Positions 16,038 to 24,839 of a stretch of 32,000 nucleotides of DNA are shown here, one piece after another. The notes under the pieces are model-generated. The model did not search any database and was not told the DNA's origin. It saw only the letters and a list, made by a program, of their open reading frames with translations. The stretch is from Mycolicibacterium smegmatis (GTDB lineage: Bacteria > Actinomycetota > Actinomycetes > Mycobacteriales > Mycobacteriaceae), in contig NZ_LN831039.1 of assembly GCF_001457595.1 (NCBI RefSeq), forward strand, positions 6,090,001 to 6,122,000, in the 5' to 3' direction. Position 1 is the stretch's first letter; every line of letters begins with the position of its first letter. A program made the position numbers and the translations under genes.

Positions 16038-16646
16038 GTGGCCCGCGTGGTGAAGGCAGGTCCGAGGACCGCCAAGGACAAGGATGCGGGCACACGGCAG
16101 CGTCTCATCGAGGCGACCGCTCAGGTGATCCGCGACGAGGGCTACGCGGCCGCGACCACGCGCCGCATCGCCGCGCAGGCCGGCGTCCGATCGGCGTTGG
16201 TGTACTACTACTTCGACACTCTCGACGACCTCTACATCGCGGTGCTGCGCAACGGTGCCGACGTCGCGCTGGAGCGGATGCGCGAAGCGGTCGCGGCCGA
16301 CGACCCGCTGCGTGCCCTGTGGCTGCTGAACTCCGACGCCCGCCTCTCGGTGCTCAACACCGAGTTCATGGCACTTGCCAACCACCGCAAGACGATCGGG
16401 GCCGAACTCAAGGCGTACTCGGAGCGCGTGCGCGACATCGAGACCACGGCCGTGGCAATGGTGATGCGCACGCACGGCATCGACACCGAGCAGTACCCGC
16501 CGGTCGTGATGTCGATGTTGCTCACGCAGTCGGCGCGCAGCCTGTCGAACGAGGAGGCGGTCGGCGTGACGCAGGGCCACGCCGAGTTCCGCGCCTTCGT
16601 CGATCAGATACTGCAACGCTTCACACCCACCGAGCCGGCTACTTGA
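16038..16646 (+). CDS. TetR-family transcriptional regulator
   Basis: HTH region RQRLIEATAQVIRDEGYAAATTRRIAAQAGVRSALVYYYF. The start is taken as the GTG at 16038, preceded by AAGGA with 6 nt spacing, giving a typical TetR length of about 200 aa. The ATG at 15957 is an alternative. The 3' end overlaps the SDR 3' end by 8 nt. Confidence 0.8.
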   Translation: MARVVKAGPRTAKDKDAGTRQRLIEATAQVIRDEGYAAATTRRIAAQAGVRSALVYYYFDTLDDLYIAVLRNGADVALERMREAVAADDPLRALWLLNSDARLSVLNTEFMALANHRKTIGAELKAYSERVRDIETTAVAMVMRTHGIDTEQYPPVVMSMLLTQSARSLSNEEAVGVTQGHAEFRAFVDQILQRFTPTEPAT

Positions 16647-17478
16647 GCATGCTCCCCGCGTCGACCGTCATCGGCAGACCCGTCACGTAGCGCGCCTCGT
16701 CGGATGCCAGGAACAGCACCGCGTTGCTGATGTCGCGCGGCTCGACCCAGCCGACCGGCAGGACGTGCATCATCTGCGCCACGACGGCCATGTCGTCGGG
16801 ACCCGGGTTCTCCAGATCCGGACGGAACAGTTTCATGGTGCCCTCGTTCATGAACAGCGGCGTGTTGACGTTCGTGGGGTGCACCGAGTTCACCCGGATC
16901 GAGTGCTGCCCCAGTTCGACCGCGAAGGTCCGCATCAGGCCCACCACGCCGTGCTTGGCGGCGATGTAGTGGCCGGTGTGCGGATAGGCCTTGAGTCCGC
17001 CGACCGAGCTGGTGAGGATGATCGACCCGCCGTTGCCGCCGGAGATCAGTTGCGGCACAGCGGCTTTCACGGTCTTCCAGACGCCGGACAGGTTCACGCC
17101 GATCATGTCGTCCCAATCGGCCTCGCTGGTCTTGTCCAGCGTCGCACCGCCGTTGCCGATGCCGGCGTTGGCGACCACGATGTCGAGGCCGCCGAGCTGT
17201 TCGACGCCGCTGTCCACGACGGCCTTGAGCGCGTCGTAGTCACGCACGTCGACTTCCTCGGCGACGATCCGGCGATTGAGGCCTTTGACCAGTTCGACGG
17301 TTTCCGCCAGGTCTTCGGGTGTCGACGCCGGGATGTCCTCATTGGAGCTGATCCGTCGGCAGACGTCGACCGCGATGATGTCGGCGCCCTCCTCAGCCAG
17401 CCGCACCGCGTGACTGCGCCCCTGACCGCGCGCCGCGCCCGTGATGAAGGCGACCTTGCCCTCGACCCTGCCTGCCAT
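16639..17478 (-). CDS. SDR-family oxidoreductase, carveol-dehydrogenase-like (mycofactocin-associated subgroup by resemblance)
   Basis: GKVAFITGAARGQGRSHAVRLAEEGADIIAVD, the insertion ...ISSNEDIPASTPEDLAETV..., NAGI, catalytic YIAAKHG and NSVHPTNVNTPL are present. GAAAGGG RBS lies 5 nt before the ATG at 17478. Confidence 0.85.
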   Translation of the reverse strand: MAGRVEGKVAFITGAARGQGRSHAVRLAEEGADIIAVDVCRRISSNEDIPASTPEDLAETVELVKGLNRRIVAEEVDVRDYDALKAVVDSGVEQLGGLDIVVANAGIGNGGATLDKTSEADWDDMIGVNLSGVWKTVKAAVPQLISGGNGGSIILTSSVGGLKAYPHTGHYIAAKHGVVGLMRTFAVELGQHSIRVNSVHPTNVNTPLFMNEGTMKLFRPDLENPGPDDMAVVAQMMHVLPVGWVEPRDISNAVLFLASDEARYVTGLPMTVDAGSMLK

Positions 17479-17498
17479 CGCAACCCTTTCGCGCCTAA

Positions 17499-17516
17499 TT
17501 TGATCGAACGATCAAA
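17499..17516. promoter_or_regulatory. Operator palindrome TTTGATCG-AA-CGATCAAA upstream of the SDR gene
   Basis: Perfect palindrome with the same half-sites and geometry (TTTGATC-N4-GATCAAA) as the site at 15929-15950. It lies 21 nt upstream of the SDR start and abuts the putative -10. Confidence 0.6.
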
Positions 17517-17544
17517 CACTGACATCGAACTGGGAACTTGTCAA
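17516..17544 (-). promoter_or_regulatory. Putative promoter of the SDR gene (-35 TTGACA, 17 nt spacer, -10 CAGTGT)
   Basis: On the minus strand there is a perfect TTGACA at 17544..17539 and CAGTGT at 17521..17516. The predicted transcription start falls inside the operator. This is a sequence-only prediction. Confidence 0.35.
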
Positions 17545-17596
17545 TCAGATTCTTGATCGACCGGTCAGCTCGCTCTCGCGCGGCAGATACGAAACT

Positions 17597-17622
17597 GGGC
17601 CCCACCCTTCCGGATGGGGCCC
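17597..17622 (-). terminator. Hairpin GGGCCCCA-N10-TGGGGCCC downstream of the 518-aa gene
   Basis: An 8-bp GC-rich stem lies 19 nt after the stop at 17641, followed on the minus strand by AGTTTCGTAT. It separates the 518-aa gene from the SDR promoter. Confidence 0.55.
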
Positions 17623-17640
17623 AGTGCCATGAAGCGCCGA

Positions 17641-19197
17641 CTACTCGGAAGAGTCCGAACCGCCCTTGGATTCGCCGCTGCCCTTGGACTCACTGCCCGT
17701 GTTGGACTTCGTGTCCTTGGCCGCGGCCTTGGCTTCCTTGGCTGCCTTTGCCTCGGCCTTGGCCGCAGCCTTGGCCTTCTTGGCCTCCTTGGCCGCCTTG
17801 AGCTTGGCCTGCCGAGCTTCCTTGGCCTCGCTGATCTTGGCCTTGATCCGATCAGTGACCTTGACCTTGGTCTTGCTCTTGACCGCACCCTCGGCGTCGG
17901 CCCCGGTGGAGGCGGCGGGGGTGGAGTCCACGACAGCCTGCTCGGTCTCGGCCGGCGAAGCCTCGGCCGGCGCAGTTTCAGCCTTGGCCGGCACAGATTC
18001 AGCCTTGGCCGGCTCGACCTCGGCCTTCACGGCCTCGACCTCGGCCGCTGGGGCCTTGGCCTCAGATTCGACGGTACCGACAGTCGACACGAGCTTCGCG
18101 GTCTCGACCGCCGGCCCGGCGACGGCCGGAGCCTCGGTAACCGACTCGGTCAGCTCCGCCACGGGAGCAACAGTCACGTCCTCGGCGATCCGCTGAACCG
18201 TGACAGCGGCCGGTACGACCTCCGGCGTGTTGTCGATCGCGTCAGCGAAGGTCTTGGGAAGGTTCACCAGCAGGTTCTGCAGAAGGCCCGCGACAACCCG
18301 GACGCCGCCCTGCTCGCCGGGTTCGGCGAACGTCAGCAGCGCAGGCCACTCGGAGAAGCCGCCCTGACCCGTCTCGGGATCGGGGTCGGCGTAGTCGAAC
18401 CCGTTGAGCGCGGCGTTGACGAGGATGCCCGGCGTGTTCGCCAGGATGTTGACCACGTTCAGCGCCTCCCCGCTGGAGACGCTGGTCACGAGTGACTCGG
18501 CGATGCGGGCGAGTTCGAACGCCGGGCCGCTGACGGTCGCGAATGCACCCTGGAACAGGGCACTGACGACGACGCTCGAGGTGAAGGTCGCGGCAACCAG
18601 ATTGGTGACGTTCTGCGCGATCTGCTCGGGGATGCCGACCAAGTACTCGGTTCCGCCTCGCGGGATGCCGGAAAGGATGAACCCGGGAGCGATCAGGGGA
18701 CCGAAGGCGCCCTGGAAGGCGTACAGCATGGAGTGGTTGAACCACCGATAGGCCTCGCCGACGTTGCCGGCCTCGAGTTCGGCCTGAGCCCGGTCCAGGA
18801 GCACTTTGCCGTTGGTGCCGTTGTACCAGTTCTGAAGGGACGTCGGAATCGCCTCGAACGTGGCGCCGAACTGAGCGGCGTATCCGAGCTGGTTCTCCAC
18901 GACCTGGCGCAGCAGCGGTGCCGGATTCGCCGCGACCGCGGAGCCCAGCAGGCTGAGGTTGTCGATCGTGGTGCTGATCAGCGACCCGTAGACCGAGAGC
19001 GGAGAAGCTGTGGCATCCATCGTCGCCGTGAGGTCGTAGGCGATGGTTTGAGCTCGGTGCACGACCGGTGAGTCATGGACGACCGGCGTCACGGCCATGG
19101 CGCTGGCGGCCACTACGGCAACGCCACCGAGAAGGAACTTGTCCTTCCGGCTAACCGCTGGGGCATCACCGGAGGAAGCAAGGGCAGGATGGTGCAA
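17641..19197 (-). CDS. Exported/anchored protein of unknown function: globular N-domain, acidic Ala/Glu/Pro linker, Ala/Lys-rich basic C-terminal tail
   Basis: TTG start at 19197 is preceded by AGGGAG with 6 nt spacing. The N-terminus RKDKFLLGGVAVVAASAMAV looks like a signal peptide or anchor. No Cys was noticed in the protein. The C-terminus is ...AKEARQAKLKAAKEAKKAKAAAKAEAKAAKEAKAAAKDTKSNTGSESKGSGESKGGSDSSE. I could recognise no family. Confidence 0.75.
   Translation of the reverse strand: MHHPALASSGDAPAVSRKDKFLLGGVAVVAASAMAVTPVVHDSPVVHRAQTIAYDLTATMDATASPLSVYGSLISTTIDNLSLLGSAVAANPAPLLRQVVENQLGYAAQFGATFEAIPTSLQNWYNGTNGKVLLDRAQAELEAGNVGEAYRWFNHSMLYAFQGAFGPLIAPGFILSGIPRGGTEYLVGIPEQIAQNVTNLVAATFTSSVVVSALFQGAFATVSGPAFELARIAESLVTSVSSGEALNVVNILANTPGILVNAALNGFDYADPDPETGQGGFSEWPALLTFAEPGEQGGVRVVAGLLQNLLVNLPKTFADAIDNTPEVVPAAVTVQRIAEDVTVAPVAELTESVTEAPAVAGPAVETAKLVSTVGTVESEAKAPAAEVEAVKAEVEPAKAESVPAKAETAPAEASPAETEQAVVDSTPAASTGADAEGAVKSKTKVKVTDRIKAKISEAKEARQAKLKAAKEAKKAKAAAKAEAKAAKEAKAAAKDTKSNTGSESKGSGESKGGSDSSE
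17713..17872 (-). repeat. Low-complexity coding repeat (iterated CCTTGG / GCCTTGGC units, read on the coding strand as GCC-AAG-GC, i.e. Ala-Lys)
   Basis: At least eight CCTTGG units within about 160 bp encode the A/K/E-rich tail. This is coding low complexity, not a spacer-repeat array. Confidence 0.8.
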
Positions 19198-19239
19198 CTG
19201 GATCTCCCTGAAGCTGATAATTGACTGAGGAACAACCAG

Positions 19240-19268
19240 AAATTAGCTTAGCGTTGCCTAAATATCAA
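19240..19268 (-). promoter_or_regulatory. Putative promoter of the 518-aa gene (-35 TTGATA, 17 nt spacer, -10 TAATTT)
   Basis: On the minus strand, TTGATA lies at 19268..19263 and TAATTT at 19245..19240, in a conspicuously AT-rich island. It overlaps the palindrome TTGCCTA-N8-TAGGCAA (19254-19275). Confidence 0.4.
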
Positions 19269-19300
19269 TAGGCAAGGCTGGCCTCACTAACGCTTCAGAA

Positions 19301-19346
19301 AATTTGCCCGCACCGAAGACGGGCCCCTTCCTTGCGGAAGGGGCCC
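19301..19346 (-). terminator. Terminator hairpin(s) after hsaB
   Basis: Perfect 11-bp stem GGGCCCCTTCC-TTGC-GGAAGGGGCCC (19321-19346), 20 nt downstream of the hsaB stop. On the minus strand it is followed by an alternative GCCCG/CGGGC stem and then AAATTTTC. Confidence 0.65.
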
Positions 19347-19365
19347 GGTTCTCGTTGTGTGGCCT

Positions 19366-19935
19366 CTACAACCAGGTGTCGTCAGTGGTGGCCGTGAGGA
19401 AGGCCTCCAGGTCGTCACGCCACTGCGCGGGGGTGTTCTTGTCCGGCTCGATGCCGGTGTACTCGCCGCGGTAGAACAGCAGCGGACGGGGTTTGGTCTT
19501 CGGCACCTCCGAAAGCGAGTGCACCGCGCCGAACACCACGAAGTGGTCCCCGCCGTCGTGCACCGAATGCACCGTGCAGTCGATGTGCGCCAGCGTCCCG
19601 TCGATCACCGGTGATCCGAGTTTCGATGGGTGCCAGTCGATCCCGGCGAACTTGTCGGCGGCCTTGGAGCCGAACTGCGCCGACACGTGCTGCTGGTTCT
19701 CGTGCAGCATGTTGACGCAGAACCGCCCGGTGGCCTCGATCGCCTTCCAGGCCCGCGACTGCTTGGTGGGGCAGAACAGCACCAGCGGCGGATCCAGCGA
19801 CAGCGCCGCGAACGACTGACACGCGAAGCCGATCGGCACGTTCTCGTGCACCGTGGTGATCACGGTGACGCCGGTACAGAACTGGCCGAGCACATTGCGG
19901 AACGTGCGCGGGTCGATCGGTTGCGTGGCGGTCAC
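19366..19935 (-). CDS. hsaB: Flavin reductase component of 3-HSA hydroxylase
   Basis: ORF-track frame trimmed to the GTG at 19935 (VTATQPIDPRTFRNVLGQFCTGVTVITT...), 8 nt after the hsaC stop. Near-collinear with my recollection of M. tuberculosis HsaB, including the C-terminal ...RDDLEAFLTATTDDTWL. Confidence 0.9.
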   Translation of the reverse strand: MTATQPIDPRTFRNVLGQFCTGVTVITTVHENVPIGFACQSFAALSLDPPLVLFCPTKQSRAWKAIEATGRFCVNMLHENQQHVSAQFGSKAADKFAGIDWHPSKLGSPVIDGTLAHIDCTVHSVHDGGDHFVVFGAVHSLSEVPKTKPRPLLFYRGEYTGIEPDKNTPAQWRDDLEAFLTATTDDTWL

Positions 19936-19942
19936 GTGCAGG

Positions 19943-22911
<2,969 letters not shown>

Positions 22912-22952
22912 TGAATTGCCTCCCGGATCGAGATCCACAACTAGACAGAGAT

Positions 22953-22966
22953 TAGAACACGTTACG
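22953..22966. promoter_or_regulatory. KstR operator (imperfect), hsaA side: TAGAACACGTTACG
   Basis: Matches the KstR consensus TnnAACnnGTTnnA except at the last base. It lies 42 nt upstream of the hsaA start. Confidence 0.65.
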
Positions 22967-23020
22967 ATTTGTGTCGAGTAGCGCTGCAAAACATCGGCTG
23001 GACCTGCGCAACTGTAGTTT

Positions 23021-23034
23021 TGTAACCTGTTCTA
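23021..23034. promoter_or_regulatory. KstR operator, kshB side: TGTAACCTGTTCTA
   Basis: Matches all fixed positions of TnnAACnnGTTnnA. It lies 37 nt upstream of the kshB start. Confidence 0.7.
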
Positions 23035-23070
23035 GTTCTGGCTGATTTGCAGAAGAGAAAGGGTCACCCC

Positions 23071-24141
23071 GTGACTGATGAGCCCCTGGGCAGCCACGTG
23101 CTCGAACTGCAGGTGGCCGAGGTCGTCGAGGAGACCTCCGACGCCCGCTCCCTGGTGTTCACGGTGCCCGAGGGCGCCGAGATCGCCGCGGACCGGCTTC
23201 GGTACTCCCCCGGCCAGTTCCTGACGCTGCGGGTCCCCAGCGACCGCACCGGGTCGGTCGCACGCTGCTACTCGCTGTCCTCGTCGCCGACCACCGACGA
23301 CCGGCTCACGGTGACGGTCAAGCGCACCGCCGACGGTTACGCCTCGAACTGGCTGTGCGACAACGCCCACGCCGGCATGCGCATCCACGTCCTGGCGCCC
23401 TCGGGTACGTTCGTGCCGAAGGACCTCGACACCGACTTCCTGCTTCTGGCCGCGGGCAGCGGCATCACGCCGATGATGGCGATCTGCAAATCCGCGCTCG
23501 CCGAGGGCACCGGCAACGTGGTGCTGATCTACGCCAACCGCGACGAGAACTCGGTGATCTTCGCTGGCGCACTGCGCGAACTGGGCGCGAAATACCCCGA
23601 CCGGCTGACCGTGGTGCACTGGCTGGAGACCGTGCAGGGCCTGCCGACGGCGGCCGGCCTCGGCGCGCTCGCCAAGCCGTTCGCCGGGCGTGAGGCGTTC
23701 ATCTGCGGGCCCGGTCCGTTCATGACCGCAGCCGAGGACGCGCTGCGCGCCGCGGGCACCCCCGACGACCACATCCACATCGAGGTGTTCAAGTCGCTGG
23801 AGTCCGATCCGTTCGCCGCGGTCGTGATCCCCGAGGACGACGGGGACGACGGGGACGACCAGGGCCCGGCGACCGCTGTGGTGACGCTGGACGGCACCAC
23901 ACACGAGATCCGTTGGCCGCGTTCGGCCAAGCTGCTCGATGTACTGCTGGACAAGGGTCTCGACGCGCCGTTCTCGTGCCGCGAGGGACACTGCGGCGCC
24001 TGCGCGGTGCTCAAGAAATCCGGCGAGGTGCACATGGAGATCAACGACGTGCTGGAGCCGTCGGATCTCGAGGAGGGTCTGATCCTGGGTTGCCAGGCGA
24101 CACCCGTGTCCGATTCCGTCGAAGTCACCTACGACGAATAG
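23071..24141 (+). CDS. kshB: 3-ketosteroid 9-alpha-hydroxylase reductase component
   Basis: GTG at 23071 is preceded by GAAAGGG. FNR-like FAD/NAD domains (RCYSLSS, LLAAGSGITP) are followed by a C-terminal plant-type 2Fe-2S domain (CREGHCGAC...GCQ). Collinear with recalled KshB, ending ...SDSVEVTYDE. Confidence 0.9.
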   Translation: MTDEPLGSHVLELQVAEVVEETSDARSLVFTVPEGAEIAADRLRYSPGQFLTLRVPSDRTGSVARCYSLSSSPTTDDRLTVTVKRTADGYASNWLCDNAHAGMRIHVLAPSGTFVPKDLDTDFLLLAAGSGITPMMAICKSALAEGTGNVVLIYANRDENSVIFAGALRELGAKYPDRLTVVHWLETVQGLPTAAGLGALAKPFAGREAFICGPGPFMTAAEDALRAAGTPDDHIHIEVFKSLESDPFAAVVIPEDDGDDGDDQGPATAVVTLDGTTHEIRWPRSAKLLDVLLDKGLDAPFSCREGHCGACAVLKKSGEVHMEINDVLEPSDLEEGLILGCQATPVSDSVEVTYDE

Positions 24142-24183
24142 CGAGAGGCTAGTTTCTTGACGATGACTTCGACAGGGACCGCC

Positions 24184-24759
24184 ATGCGGCGACTCGCTGC
24201 CTGCGCTGCCGCAGCGCTGGTGACCGGGACACTCACGTCGGCGCCGGCGTCGGCGGCCTCCGATTCGGGCCACACCTCGGTGCCGATCGACCCGGCCACC
24301 GCCGTGGAGATGCACGTCGACGCCAACTGCACGCTGGCCACCAGCCGCTGCACGTTCAAGACGTGGGCCAACCTGCTCGCCGGGGGCGCCCCGACCGGTT
24401 TCCCCGGCGACACCTGGGCGCGGCAGACCATCACGCTGCGCAGCTCGGACCGCGCCGTGTGGCAGGAGGCCTTCTACAGCGCGCCGGCGGGCATGCCGCG
24501 CGAGGACAAGGGCGCCAACCACGACAACGTGCTGTCGGCGCTCAAGAAGTCGCTCAACACCGTCGAGATCTCGGTGACCTACTTCGGCGGCGGACCGATC
24601 GAGCGGTTCACCGTCGACGGCGACTCGACACCGATCGACTGGTACAAGGGCCACCCCAACACCGACGCCACGTTCATCGCGTGCTCGGTGATCCAGGTGG
24701 TGCGCGGCGGGTCCAACGTCACGACTCCCCCCGCCTGCGCCCAGACCAAGTTCAGCTGA
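24184..24759 (+). CDS. Conserved secreted hypothetical protein (Rv3572-like by position)
   Basis: ATG at 24184 is preceded by AGGGA. Signal peptide MRRLAACAAAALVTGTLTSAPASA. TTG 24157 and ATG 24163 are alternative starts. It sits between kshB and fadE34, like Rv3572 in M. tuberculosis. Confidence 0.7.
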   Translation: MRRLAACAAAALVTGTLTSAPASAASDSGHTSVPIDPATAVEMHVDANCTLATSRCTFKTWANLLAGGAPTGFPGDTWARQTITLRSSDRAVWQEAFYSAPAGMPREDKGANHDNVLSALKKSLNTVEISVTYFGGGPIERFTVDGDSTPIDWYKGHPNTDATFIACSVIQVVRGGSNVTTPPACAQTKFS

Positions 24760-24776
24760 CGCGGCAAACGGTCACC

Positions 24777-24824
24777 GTGGGCCCTGTGCACGGTTGTCGG
24801 CCGGAATCCGTGCACAGGCCCCAC
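24777..24824. terminator. Large hairpin between convergent genes (bidirectional terminator candidate)
   Basis: A 17-position stem with one mismatch (GTGGGCCCTGTGCACGG ... CCGTGCACAGGCCCCAC) and a 14-nt loop lies between the stops at 24759 (plus strand) and 24840 (minus strand). Confidence 0.6.
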
Positions 24825-24839
24825 GCTCGGCGCAGGAAA

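Noticed and set aside
17553-17568. Possible third TetR operator TTGATC-GACC-GGTCAG upstream of the SDR promoter.
   Set aside because: The left arm is good, but the right arm matches the GATCAAA half-site at only 4 of 7 positions. This is too degenerate to call without binding data.
17713-17872. Iterated CCTTGG/GCCTTGGC units that could superficially look like a repeat array.
   Set aside because: The units are irregularly spaced, lie in frame within a CDS, and encode the Ala/Lys-rich tail. There are no unique spacers. This is coding low complexity, not a CRISPR or satellite array.
17614-18495. Plus-strand ORF of 293 aa with LGLGL/GRR repeats, opposite the 518-aa gene.
   Set aside because: It is the mirror image of the Ala/Lys/Glu-rich coding repeat on the other strand. 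It has no RBS and no plausible fold. The minus-strand gene has a strong SD, a signal peptide and terminators.
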